Shown piece after piece: positions 21,490 to 32,584 of a stretch of 64,000 nt of DNA. The notes beneath the pieces are model-generated. The model was not told the DNA's origin. It worked only from the letters and a program-made list of their open reading frames with translations, and ran no database searches. The translations under genes and the position numbers were made by a program. The DNA comes from an uncultured Nitrososphaeraceae archaeon (GTDB lineage: Archaea > Thermoproteota > Nitrososphaeria > Nitrososphaerales > Nitrososphaeraceae): the NCBI GenBank assembly GCA_963779615.1, contig CAVZZA010000003.1, positions 256,001 through 320,000 on the forward strand. The letters are read 5' to 3'. How positions within the stretch are numbered: position 1 is the stretch's first letter; the number at the start of each line of letters is the position of its first letter.

Positions 21490-21947
21490 TCCCATAGAGG
21501 TCACTCCTGTGGTTATAACTCCGGACTAAAATTAATTCAAATTTTTAAATCATATTCATCGCTAAATATAGAATATTTTTGAGGACTGATGCTCCTTGCT
21601 ACCAATCTCTGCTCTTTTGTGTTTTCTTTTAGTGTATGTGTCTAAAGTAAATTGCGGCTACTATTTGTAAAAGGCAGCTGCCTATACTGCAGATATCTAT
21701 AAAATGGTTGTAGTGTGCTCGTTTCTTGTAATATGTCATATGGACGAAGCGGCGGTGAATTTATCTTCCTGCTTCCATGACTGTCATTGATGATATGGGC
21801 ATCAGCCTAGGAATCGGCTCCGGTCAAGTTTATCCCTGGTACCATGTTGTAAACAGAGGCTAAACCCATTTATTCGGTACTCAATGTTGCTTAAATCATA
21901 CGCTGATTGAAGAATAAAAGCATCGGACTTGCATAACTACTACTACC

Positions 21948-22955
21948 ATGGCACTGAAGCATCCAACAAAAAATGTGGGCACGCCATTGTCCATTCTTGA
22001 CCTGGTGATGGTAAATGCAGGCGGTGGCTCCCCAGGCCAGTCAATGCAAAACAGCTTGGATTTGGCCCGGCATGCCGAGCGGTGGGGATACAAACGCTAC
22101 TGGCTGGCAAAGCACCACAACACCAAGGGCATAGCAAGCACCGCCACCTCTGTGCTTATTGGGTTTATAGCAGCAGGCACTTCCACAATAAGGGTGGGCT
22201 CTGGCGGTGTGATGCTGCCAAACCATGCCCCGCTTGTAATAGCAGAGCAGTTTGGAACCCTGGAATCACTGTATCCCGGCAGGGTTGACCTTGGGGTTGG
22301 CCGCGCACCCGGCACAGACATAAGTACAGCCATGGCCTTAAGGCGCAACCTGGACGGTCTGGAGGAGGATTTTCCCAATGGCGTTATGGAGTTGCAAAAC
22401 TACCTTGGTCCGCCAAAACCCGGGGCCAAGGTTAGGGCAACCCCAGGCGAGGGGCTGAAAGTCCCAATCTGGCTGCTGGGCTCAAGCACATTCAGCGCCC
22501 AGCTGGGCCTGCCTTTTGCCTTTGCAAGCCATTTTGCTCCAGCATACTTGGATGCCTTGGATACGGCTGTTGCAGCCTATCGAGAAGGATTCAAGCCCTC
22601 TGAAACCCTGAAGGAGCCTTACGTTTTTAGCTGCTGTCAATGTGGTTGCGGCTGACACAGACATAGAGGCCAGTCGCCTGTTCACATCCACACAGGTGAG
22701 GGCACTGGAAATGATCAGGGGAAACCACGCACCATTACAATCCCAGGTAAACGACATTGATGGCGTATAAAGCAAAGGTGAGAAGGAGGCTGTGGAGCAA
22801 AGGCTCAGGTATTTTTTTGTTGGGGACCAGCCACTGTCAAAGGGAGCCTGGAGTCCTATTTGGACAGGACGCAGGTAGACGATATCATGGCTGTCTCGCA
22901 CATATACGAGCATGCCGCAAGGCTGCGCTCCTATGAAATTCTGTCGTCCCTTTGA
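21948..22955 (+). pseudogene. LLM-class flavin-dependent oxidoreductase, decayed 3' part
   Basis: [34 protein letters not shown]; several frameshifts or stops after 22620. Confidence 0.75.
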
Positions 22956-23202
22956 CACGTATGAGCAATAGAATCTTTAAACTGGGTTATTAGCCAAGCA
23001 TGATTCGGGTGGTGAAAAATGACAACATGTCAAACATAGAAGATTCTTCAGCATCCGATGAAAACGATAATATGATGACATAAACAAGATTAAAAGTGAT
23101 TATTTTGGTGGTTAAGAAAAGATGAATGGTTTGCTTCATCTATAGAGTATTAGATTAAATATTACTGTTAACCTTTTTCTACATTTATCTATATTTTAGC
23201 GG

Positions 23203-24738
23203 TTAAGGTTCGAGGGTAAATACTTGAACACGGTTATGGCCAGTATCAGCTATATACACATTACCTGTAGATGGATTTACCGCAATACCTCTAGGACCAT
23301 CAAACTGTCCATCGCCTGTACCACCAGTTCCAAACTTTGTTATGAAGTTGCCACTGCTGTCGAATACTTGTACACGGTTATGGCCAGTATCTGTTACAAA
23401 CACATTACCTGTAGATGGATTTACCGCAATACCTCTAGGACCATCAAACTGTCCATCGCCTGTACCACCAGTTCCAAACTTTGTTATGAAGTTGCCACTG
23501 CTGTCGAATACTTGTACACGGTTATTGTTAAAGTCTACTACAAACACATTACCTGTAGATGGATTTACCGCAATACCTACCGGGGCATTAAACTGTCCAT
23601 CGCCTGTACCACCAGTTCCAAACTTTGTTATGAAGTTGCCACTGCTGTCGAATACTTGTACACGGTTATGGCCAGTATCTGTTACAAACACATTACCTGT
23701 AGATGGATTTACTGCAGCGCTATTCGGATCAAGAAACTGTCCATCGCCTGTACCACCAGTTCCAAACTTTGTTATGAAGTTGCCACTGCTGTCGAATACT
23801 TGTACACGGTCATTGTTTCGCTCTACTACAAACACATTACCTGTAGATGGATTTACTGCAATACCTGCTGGAAGATTGAATTGTCCATTACCACCACCAT
23901 GAGATCCAAACTTTGTTATGAAGTTGCCACTGCTGTCGAATACTTGTACACGTTCATTGTCAAACTCTACTACAAACACATTACCTGTAGAGGGATTTAC
24001 CGCAATACCTACCGGGGTTTTAAACTGTCCATCGCTTGTTCCTTCAGATCCCCATTTATTTAAAAATATATATGTTTTTTGTACGTATTCGTTTAATACA
24101 TCACATTTCTTGTTTTCACCAGCTGTATTTATACTGCCACTGCAGCCTGAACCAAAGTGCTGTACCAATTTTAATTGTACAGGTGCATTAGTTGGCACGT
24201 CCTCAATTACATTATAGGTACCTAAATTTACCGCGACATTGGTGCCACCTGAAGAGCCGGCAAATGAACTTGGATTCGGATTGTTATTTCCAGGAGCCCC
24301 TGTGATATGCATTGTAAAATCCGATGGTTGTGGACATGTAAAGCCTTGAAGACATTTAACGTCTTTTGTAACTAGGAGGGACCCTGTTTGTGGCGTTGGT
24401 GTTGTACCATTGCCTGACGCTGTTGGTGATGTTGGGGATACAGCAGGTTGCTGTTGGTGTTGTATGTTCTCACTCTGATCATTATAGCCTGCTGCCGTAT
24501 TGTCATTGCCCGTTATCTGTTTGTTGTCATTTGCCTGTTCACAACCATCAGATCTATGACAGACGTTGTCTTGGTTCACATGTTGTTTTATGTCCTGTTT
24601 TAAATCCGAAGTTTTAAGACTTGCAGCATACACTGATTGTTGTTGTAGAGAATTTAGATTTGGCAAAATAGCAAACATTGATGCTATTGAAATCACTATA
24701 ATAAGTACAATCGGTAAATGTTTTAAACTGTTATTCAT
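23203..24738 (-). CDS. Secreted protein: conserved QDNxCxRxxxC module, Ig-like domain, six NHL repeats (beta-propeller)
   Basis: Signal peptide; QDNVCHRSDGCEQAN...GYNDQS; 47-aa repeats PxGIAVNPSTGNVFVxDxxxxRVQVFDSSGNFITKFG. Confidence 0.92.
   Translation of the reverse strand: MNNSLKHLPIVLIIVISIASMFAILPNLNSLQQQSVYAASLKTSDLKQDIKQHVNQDNVCHRSDGCEQANDNKQITGNDNTAAGYNDQSENIQHQQQPAVSPTSPTASGNGTTPTPQTGSLLVTKDVKCLQGFTCPQPSDFTMHITGAPGNNNPNPSSFAGSSGGTNVAVNLGTYNVIEDVPTNAPVQLKLVQHFGSGCSGSINTAGENKKCDVLNEYVQKTYIFLNKWGSEGTSDGQFKTPVGIAVNPSTGNVFVVEFDNERVQVFDSSGNFITKFGSHGGGNGQFNLPAGIAVNPSTGNVFVVERNNDRVQVFDSSGNFITKFGTGGTGDGQFLDPNSAAVNPSTGNVFVTDTGHNRVQVFDSSGNFITKFGTGGTGDGQFNAPVGIAVNPSTGNVFVVDFNNNRVQVFDSSGNFITKFGTGGTGDGQFDGPRGIAVNPSTGNVFVTDTGHNRVQVFDSSGNFITKFGTGGTGDGQFDGPRGIAVNPSTGNVYIADTGHNRVQVFTLEP
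23215..24060. repeat. 141-bp coding tandem repeats (NHL), about 6 units
   Basis: Near-identical units at DNA level. Confidence 0.9.
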
Positions 24739-25231
24739 AACTAATGGTTAGATTATGTCAGTATATTTGAAATATCCAGAATTGTCGGCATACTTTAATA
24801 CTATTTCAACTTAGGTAGGAAATTATCAGGAGATACAAATTATAAATTATACCTAAGCAACCTCTATCAATGGGATTTGAGGAGATTAAACTTGATAAGA
24901 CATCTCCTCCATGGAAGAGTTTTGATGCTATGATTTAAGGATGGAAGATGGTGAGTGTTAGGCTATTGACCTGCGTGCAATTGTATAACAGCAGCTAATA
25001 ATCTGTCCACGATACTTGATTCATACTGCTGTCGATGGTGTATCATCACGAATCCCTCCTTATACCAATTCGGTTCCTTCTGAACCGTCATATCGTTTGT
25101 GTTTATGCATGTACAGCGATTCAGGTGGGATTTACTGACACTGTGGCATTTTATTGGCAAAATAACGAATTCGAATTGATTAGAGAAATTAAAAAAAAAT
25201 TAAAAAAATATAGTTGTGAATTATGTTAGGT

Positions 25232-25801
25232 TCAAACAAAATTTATTCCTGCAGCTCTTAAACATTCTATAAGAGCATTAATTTTGATTTGATCAACTCC
25301 TATACTTTGTAAAAGCAATATAAGGCCAGACTCAACGATAGGGTCAACATTACAAAATGCAGAAATTGAGGCTGCTACATTATCTTCGACTTGAAGTATT
25401 TGTGATGAAATAAGGAAAGTGGTGAAACACTGTACACAGGTTAGTGGTGTTGGAGTTGGTGGTTGAGTTGGAGTTGGTGGTTGAGTTGGAGTTGGTGTTG
25501 AGGTTGATTGTTGGATAGTCTTACTTTGCTCATTGAACCCCTTTGCTTCATTGTCTTTGCCAATTATCTCTTGGCCTTGATTTGCTTGCTTGCAATCGGC
25601 ATCTCTATAGCATATATTGTCTTGTTCCGTTTTTTGGCTTGCACTCTTTTTGTCTACTTTAGTGCTTTCTTTTATTGATGATTTAAATTCACTAGTTTTT
25701 TTATGTTGGTCTGCATATGACTGAATTGGAATAATACTTGTTCCCATTATTAATAACAACGTGATTGCTAATATCAATAAAATATTTTTTGCATTGGTCA
25801 T
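25232..25801 (-). CDS. Secreted protein: conserved QDNxCxRxxxC module, Pro/Thr linker, small Cys-containing helical domain
   Basis: Start MTNAKNILL; QDNICYRDADCKQANQGQ...GFNEQS; TPTQPP repeats; TCVQCF...IECL. Confidence 0.8.
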   Translation of the reverse strand: MTNAKNILLILAITLLLIMGTSIIPIQSYADQHKKTSEFKSSIKESTKVDKKSASQKTEQDNICYRDADCKQANQGQEIIGKDNEAKGFNEQSKTIQQSTSTPTPTQPPTPTQPPTPTPLTCVQCFTTFLISSQILQVEDNVAASISAFCNVDPIVESGLILLLQSIGVDQIKINALIECLRAAGINFV

Positions 25802-26175
25802 AGGTGAAATTAACGATCTTTTAAGATATATTAAGAGTAAGTATATTAAAAAGTAAAGCTTGTTTCTCAAGTAAGTGGGTGTAAAAAATTAACATAACAT
25901 TACTAGCAGAAACAATACAGAATTAACATATACTACAATTCTTGATTTAATTGTCATATAAATTAGGGAAAGTAGATGTTAAACCAGGATTTTTAAGTCC
26001 ATGATAAATTTGTTTTCTTCTGTGTATTACAATTGTCATAGATAAGTTGAAAATAAAGAATGTTGTGAATGATTGTTTACCACCCTTGGATGATTATACT
26101 AGCCAATACACGCGGACCTGTGGATGAAGAAATATCCACGGGAGTTAGGATATGATGATGATGGGGATAACCTGG

Positions 26176-27746
26176 TTATGACGGGTTTAGATTACCCTTT
26201 GCAAAGTATATGTTAAAGTCATTAATTTCAAAAACATTCCATATAGCATATACATTAGTGCCCGATATGGCAACGTCATTCAAGATAGAATTTAAGTCCC
26301 CTAGACTACTGCTTATGCTGATTGGCTCACTGAAGGTATTGCCTGCATCAGTGCTACCCACAAAAAATATTTCAGCATGGGAAGTTGGAGAAGTCAATCT
26401 TTCTTCCCATGTTATAGCCGCATTATTAACATCCACGTCAATGTGTGGGTTTTGTGAAACTGTACCTGGTGGTAACTAGCACTCAAGTTAACAGGACTGC
26501 CAAAACTTTGCCCACCATCTGTGCTTTTTAGTAAAAACACATCTCTCTCTATGACACCGTTAACAGGATATGCCTGACCATATACCACGTATACGTTGTT
26601 TCCAAATACCTTAATGTCAGGAAGTGAAGATTCAGGAGCAGTCAAGGCAACGGGGGAGGTAAAACCAAGTCCCCCATTGCTGCTTTTAGTGTATAGTATT
26701 TTGCAGTTGGAATTGGTCATCAGGTTATCACAATCCGACCATGCAACGTGTACATTGCTTCCAAATGCAGCTATTGATGGATTTTTTGAGAGCGTTCCTG
26801 GATTATTGCTTATATTGATAGGGGTACTATAAGTTGCTCCACCATCTGTACTTGATGCGAAGAATGTTTCTGAATCACTTCCATCTGGAGAAGTGCTAAA
26901 GTCTTGCCATGTCACATATACGTTATTTCCAGAGACAGCTACCTCCCCATTTCTGCCATTTGCGAGAGGCCCCGGATTCAATACAACGGGTGGACCAAAG
27001 TTGACACCACCGTCTGTGCTCTTTACAATGACTACCTCGCTTACAGTTGTAACTCGGGCCCACACAACATACACATTATTGTTGTTATTATTGTCCACAG
27101 CAACGTCCGGTAAAAATGAAAATGAGGTAGTTTGATCACTTAATGGAATAGGAGTGCTAAATGTAGCACCACCGTCTGTGCTTTTCGCAAACAATATGTT
27201 ACCCTGAACAAGAGAACCATTTGTCCACACAGCGTATACACTGCTCCCAGAAGATGCAATATGCGGGTCGGTTTGATCTCCCAGGCGATTGTCCAAAGGT
27301 ACCGGATTACTAAATGATGGCTGAGGTGGTTGTGGTGGTTGTGGTGTTCCTGGAGGCCCTTGTTGCCCTTGATCTCTATCTCCATTAGAGCCTTGTGTTC
27401 CAGGCGATAACGCTGAAGTGGTGGTATTAGCAAGAATAGATCTCTGGTCATTGAAGCCTGAAGCGGTGTTGTCTTTGCCCTCTAACTGTTGGCCTTCGTT
27501 TGCCTGCTCGCAACCGTCGTCCCTATAGCAGAGGTTGTCCTGGCCTAAATGCTGGTTTGTTTTTTCGGATTTTGCGTTTACGTCCTTTTGGATGCTGTCC
27601 TTGTAGTCCTTGGTGATTTTATAATCGCCATCATTGTCACCACCACCAGCAGGTCGGCATACGCTTGGACTGGAGACCAAATTCGGCCCCGTGACCAACA
27701 AGGATGCTAATGCGGATATTATCAACAGACACCGTAAAATGTTCAT
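26176..27746 (-). CDS. Secreted protein: conserved QDNxCxRxxxC module and Asp-box/BNR (sialidase-like) propeller; frameshift near 26475
   Basis: QDNLCYRDDGCEQANEGQQ...GFNDQ; repeated STDGGxTF; C-terminus in ORF 26176..26436. Confidence 0.85.
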
Positions 27747-27944
27747 ATATGGAAGATTGGTAAGTTTTTCGATTTATATGGAATAGGGCATTTGACACTG
27801 CAATTTCATTTTGTGTTTATCGTCCTGTAAAAAACAGCATAACACTGACACTAAACAAAGCAGAGGAAATGTTTACGGGTATCTTCCATTTTGATAGTCC
27901 CATATCTAGCCACCCTTGATAAACATACAACCTTGACAGCACCT

Positions 27945-28551
27945 TTAAAACTGTCTTGCTTGCTGGCTCCTTTCCAAAAGCATGGCATCATACTCGTCTA
28001 TCCTTTTTGTCAGGTCGTCCACATCCCTTTCCAGCTGGAACTTTATTGAGTTCAGCTTGCCAATCTCCCCTGCGACTTCATAAAGTTCACAATTAAGGCT
28101 CTTTCAGTTTTCCCGCCATCTGGATAATATTGAAAATGTCTATCTTGTTACAAAGGCCTTCATTTTTTAGGTCATGATAAAGATATTCCAGGAGATATAT
28201 GTCATCTTCCATCTCCCGATATATAGTCATCAACTTTTGCAAGTTCAGCAGCCGCAGGTAGTCAGAATACATGCTTAACACTTCATCTGTTTCTATGTCC
28301 AAGGTAATGGCGATGTCCACCAAGCTTTTGCCCTCCTTAAAAAGCCTGAATGCCCTGGAATACAGTGATTTACTACCGCCTTGACAATCTGAATCCTCCC
28401 CGGTGTGTTTTCTGATTATGGTACCTATGTCTTTTAGAGATATGTGGGCTACCTGAGCTATATGCCTTGTGGTCTTGCCGGCCTCTGCCAGCTGGATAAC
28501 TAGTTTCTCCTTTTCGTCTCGCTTCAGAATCACTTTAGGACAAGTATGCAT
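27945..28551 (-). CDS. HTH plus coiled-coil protein, divergent from int(N); frameshift near 28095
   Basis: GKTTRHIAQVAHISLKDIGTIIRK HTH; AFRLFKEGKSLVDIAITL; tail ELYEVAGE...ARQF*. Confidence 0.7.
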
Positions 28552-28695
28552 ATAGCCAAAGAGTTTAAGAGTCCTGATTCCCTGATTCTTTTGTCTGACA
28601 GGACAGCATTAAATGATAACAGACACAAATGCATGCACCTGATTGACAAAGGGCAAAGGCTTAACCCTTTAATACTTTTTCCCCTTACCTTAGCC

Positions 28696-29124
28696 ATGTC
28701 CCTTCTCTCCAAGTCAGAGATCCAATACCTTCAGGGCCAAAAGCAGGTTTCAAAGTCCTACGAGTACAAGTTAAAGTCCATCATCAGGAAAAAGATAACC
28801 CACCTATTGGACAAGGAGGTGCCGCTTTTGTCAACCCTCTTTCCCAAGCTCAACCTTACGGGATTCGGTAAGGAGGAAGGCCCTTTCGAGTCGCAGATCC
28901 CGGGTTCAAATCCCGGCCGGAGCATCGCTTCTTTTCCGACATATCAAAGTTTTGGCAACTTACGCCACAACAATAACACAAAATTTCAAGATAGTGAGGG
29001 AAACAGCAAAAAACCTACGTTTTCAAACTGTCCTCCTAATCACCTCAGTGTGGTAATGCCCACTAAAGTTGTTGCAGACACCTTACTGACGAGAGCCGCC
29101 ACATGTAGACGGCAAGGTATTTGA
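28696..29124 (+). pseudogene. int: Integrase N-terminal part reading through the att repeat
   Basis: MSLLSKSEIQYLQGQKQVSKSYEYKLKS... runs into PFESQIPGSNPGRSI, the same frame as int(C) at 9782. Confidence 0.85.
28882..29086 (+). repeat. att direct repeat, right copy (3' half of tRNA-Glu plus 162 bp)
   Basis: Matches 9782-9986 at an offset of 19100. Confidence 0.95.
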
Positions 29125-29400
29125 CCCTGTGCGTATTTACCAGCAGGTAAAGATTGGGAGTATCTAGGCGTGGACCCTCAAAAGCACGGATGATGATGAT
29201 CCCCCTTCCAATTGCATGTAAATGAGTCAGGTGAGGTCGGCGAATGCCCAACCATACGACACTCATGGTTTACAGGTCACGGTGTTGAATCCAGGCCACG
29301 TCGAGGTGGGGATCCGAACCCCGTTCAATCATTTCACTGGAAAGATGCCCTATCACTGTCACTCCCTATTCCATTGGATGGCAGAGTGGGGGTGTTGTCG
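29100..29400 (+). pseudogene. Multicopper oxidase C-terminal remnant
   Basis: VDGKVFDP..., LHVNE, NAQPYDTHGLQVTV, FTGKMPYHCHSLFH (HCHxxxH); contains stops and frameshifts. Confidence 0.7.
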
Positions 29401-30595
29401 AGGTGGTGAAATAGCAACATTCTAAGCGGCTCCACATTAAGCAAGATACAGTTTGGGCTAGCTGACGGTGCCATATTTTGGATTTGAACCTTGTTATATA
29501 TATAAAAGTATTTCGATGATAGATATACTGATGGGTAATTCATAATAAATTGGTGTCCCTAATGACACCGCCATTGCTTTAAGCAATAGGAAGAGGCTGT
29601 TGGAGAGCGTCTAATCCCCCCTATAGCATATCACCAAGACGTTAATAAACAAAGAATATACCATGGCCTTTCTCTTGTTAATGGAGGTGTATGGATACCT
29701 GTTATTTGTCTTATCCATTATCGGGTATTATTATCTATTTATAACCATTACATGTCAGCATAGGGGGATACTTGCAAATGGTAAATTCTTTATACTAGTC
29801 TATACCACACACCCCAAATAATTGTGTGCGGGTCCCCAGCAGATACTGTGTCTTGTTTGCAGACAGGCACAATTGACATAATACCTTTATTTGCAGCCAT
29901 ATGGATGTACCAAGGTATTAAAAGTCCAGCGAAGGAGGTACAGCAGTTCGACAGTCTATGAAGGTGCAAGTCAAATGCATCCACTCACAGGATGCCCACG
30001 GCTTTAACAGCCCCTAAAACTATTGGGAGGCGACCAGGCATTAAAGAGCATGTTTTGGATGGGTTGTTTGGAGGATGGATGGATCATTAATCTTTGCACC
30101 ACGTTACTTTATGGAGCAGGGCTTGGCTCCTTGCCTACTAGGACACACCACCTAATACCATGAAAGCTACCTCGGTCACCACCACCATCGTAGTCATCTA
30201 CCGCTTCCAAAAACGACCTTTTGTAGGACAAGCCAGCAAGGGTTGACGACGTCCACAACCTGCATCAATACCGCGTCTGGCAACGGGTATGACCAAGTTT
30301 CCGAGTCATGGCACTTCACACCAAAAAATTGAAAGCCGTTCATAGGTGAATGACCAATGTGAAGAATGGGGACATGGGTCTTTGGCAGATCTCTATCCAT
30401 TACTGCCAGGCTGCCATGGCTAAATCACCATAGGTGCAGATCTGCTCTAGGTGTTGGTTTTGACAACAAAGATGGGACCTTAATATTATCCTTACCCTTA
30501 TTCACACCTTCCAGAGCAGCATCAGGTTGAGATTGAAAGGCAAGCAAGCATTAATAAGATGATTTTAATTTAAATAAGACGGCTAGGAAGAATAT

Positions 30596-31471
30596 TTGAA
30601 CAATAGAGATTTTCTTTTAAATCCATTCGTTAAAAAATTTTATAACTACATCAATAAAATTAATGATTCTTTAAAAAGAGAATTGGAATTGTATTCATGG
30701 TCAGAGTTCTTTTTACCCCTAAAATATGCTTGTGATGGAGGCAAAAGAATAAGGCCCCTTATTCTAACCCTATCCGCAGAAAGCCTAAACAACGGTAACC
30801 TTGAGTCCCTAAACTCAAGGGCCATAGAGAACATTTACACGGTTTCAACAGCCATTGAACTGCTGCACACCGAATCAGTAATCCACGATGACATAATCGA
30901 TTCGGACAACATTAGAAGGGGCATGCCATCCTTTCATGTAAAATACGGGTACAACGCAAGCATATTGACAGCAGATTTTATCCTAGGCATCATATTGAAC
31001 ATTGGGGCAAAGATAAGCAACAACCATGTGTCAAAAGAACTCTCCAATGCGGTGCTAAAGATGAGTGAGGGGGAGATGATGGAGCTGAGGCTGGTCAAAA
31101 ATCAGCACATATCCCAAAATGATTACATAAAAGTAATAGAAAACAAAACAGCCTCGTTGTTCGAGGCGTCAGCAAAAATAGGGGCGATTCTAGGGTCGGG
31201 AAATGATAAGGAGATTAATGCGCTTGCCAATTATGGAAAGTTATTGGGAATTGCCTACCAAATACATGACGATTTAATTGACTATAACAACGAAGACAGA
31301 TTATTTAACATTTTTGTGAAACAAAATGACGAGGATAACAAATGTGTCGAAATAATGGAAAACACTTATCTGAACTATTCTGATCTTGCCCGAAAGGAAC
31401 TGGAATCGATCAACAACAACAATTCCAAGAAAACATTAGAGGAATTGACCAATCTTGAATCCATAACATAG
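30596..31471 (+). CDS. Polyprenyl (geranylgeranyl) diphosphate synthase
   Basis: GGKRIRP, HDDIID...RRG, KTASLF, YQIHDDLID. Confidence 0.93.
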   Translation: MNNRDFLLNPFVKKFYNYINKINDSLKRELELYSWSEFFLPLKYACDGGKRIRPLILTLSAESLNNGNLESLNSRAIENIYTVSTAIELLHTESVIHDDIIDSDNIRRGMPSFHVKYGYNASILTADFILGIILNIGAKISNNHVSKELSNAVLKMSEGEMMELRLVKNQHISQNDYIKVIENKTASLFEASAKIGAILGSGNDKEINALANYGKLLGIAYQIHDDLIDYNNEDRLFNIFVKQNDEDNKCVEIMENTYLNYSDLARKELESINNNNSKKTLEELTNLESIT

Positions 31472-31730
31472 CATCACGGCAAACAATGTGTAATAACTCG
31501 ATGAATGTCTTCCTCAACCAACAGCAGCGTCAGGGCAAAAACCAGCAAAAAAAAAACAGCAGCAGAGCCACCACCATGCCTCCCCCTTCTGAAACCTGGC
31601 ACACATCCAAAACTGAAAGCCTCTGCAACATTGTGTCTATTCTAAAAAACCATGACCGGATGTTGATGTTGCAGCAATGAAAAATAGAATCCAGTTTTTG
31701 ATCATGCTGGTCCTGGTAAATACCATTATG

Positions 31731-32498
31731 CTATTCTAGGACCTTTCGGGCAAACCCAAGGTAGGTGGTATGTCCTATCATCCTCATGGATGGTCGGGTT
31801 TTTCCCTCTCGTGCCTCAATCCTTCTTAAGAAAGTTTCAACGCATTCAATGTCAATAAACCCACTTGGAAAAAACTGGGTCGCCAGTTTTTCAAGCTGGT
31901 TCATAGTGGGGCATATACAGGCCACAGAGGCCCCACTTTTCATGCATGGATGGACAACATCAAGATACATCCATGGATCGCCAAGGTCGATTATCACCAA
32001 GTCAATATCCTGAATTTGTGAGATTTTTTCAGCATCATAGTGGGACAGTGTTACAAAGTCATTCATTCCGGATTTTTCCAGGTTTTTTTTTGCTATGGAC
32101 ATGAATTCATCGTTAACATCAAATGTGTACACATGACCTTCAGGCATCACGATGCTTGCCATAAAGGTGGCCAAGGCAGCACTCCCAGTTCCAATTTCCA
32201 GCACCCTAAAGCCATTTTTCAGCCCGGTTCTCGCAGCAATGTATCCATAATCTTTTGGATATACAATTTGGGTTGTTCTTTGGGACTTCATCACAAAGTC
32301 ATGAATGCTCGGGGGAAGAAGGTAAACTTTTTTGTCTTTGTTGGTAATGACAAAAGATCCGTAATCAAGATCAATGGTGGAGCCAACATCGATTATGCCT
32401 ATGTGAGTGTGCAGTATTTTCTCTTTCTCAACCCTGATTAGCCATTTCTTGTCACCATTGTAAAAAAACAGGACAAGCGAACCTTCGGATATTTTCAC
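31731..32498 (-). CDS. trmI: tRNA (adenine-N1)-methyltransferase
   Basis: TQIVYPKD, VLEIGTGSA, DLGDPW, GHTTYL. Confidence 0.92.
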   Translation of the reverse strand: MKISEGSLVLFFYNGDKKWLIRVEKEKILHTHIGIIDVGSTIDLDYGSFVITNKDKKVYLLPPSIHDFVMKSQRTTQIVYPKDYGYIAARTGLKNGFRVLEIGTGSAALATFMASIVMPEGHVYTFDVNDEFMSIAKKNLEKSGMNDFVTLSHYDAEKISQIQDIDLVIIDLGDPWMYLDVVHPCMKSGASVACICPTMNQLEKLATQFFPSGFIDIECVETFLRRIEAREGKTRPSMRMIGHTTYLGFARKVLE

Positions 32499-32584
32499 AA
32501 ATGAAGGTTAATTCAATCAATTTAAAAATATTTCAATTGTAATGTCATGCGTGTTTTAAATACGATAAAAGGTACTTTGGGTAC

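Larger units (their letters stand above)
9782..29086. mobile_element. Integrated element (about 19.1 kb) in tRNA-Glu, plasmid-like/cryptic
   Basis: 205-bp direct repeats 9782-9986 and 28882-29086; split tyrosine integrase; primase-helicase; no recognisable capsid or conjugation genes. Confidence 0.9.

Noticed and set aside
23215-24060. Regular repeats as a CRISPR array; long antisense ORFs 23224..24063 and 23342..23902
   Set aside because: These are 141-bp in-frame NHL coding repeats with no unique spacers and no cas genes; the antisense ORFs are shadows of the repeat.
2527-28551. Many single-base frameshifts (MBL, SDR, isochorismatase, LLM, primase, phasin-like, BNR, HTH) read as recoding or introns
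   Set aside because: Those I examined are +/-1 indels without stem structure, and the same kind of error occurs in tuf. They cannot be separated from assembly error without reads. This contrasts with the structured 25-nt carB insert.
9782-29086. Provirus or conjugative element
   Set aside because: No recognisable capsid, terminase, packaging ATPase, VirB4 or relaxase genes in the element.
29790-30470. Short ORFs in a moderately GC-rich stretch after the element
   Set aside because: Probably decayed coding DNA, but I cannot assign a family.
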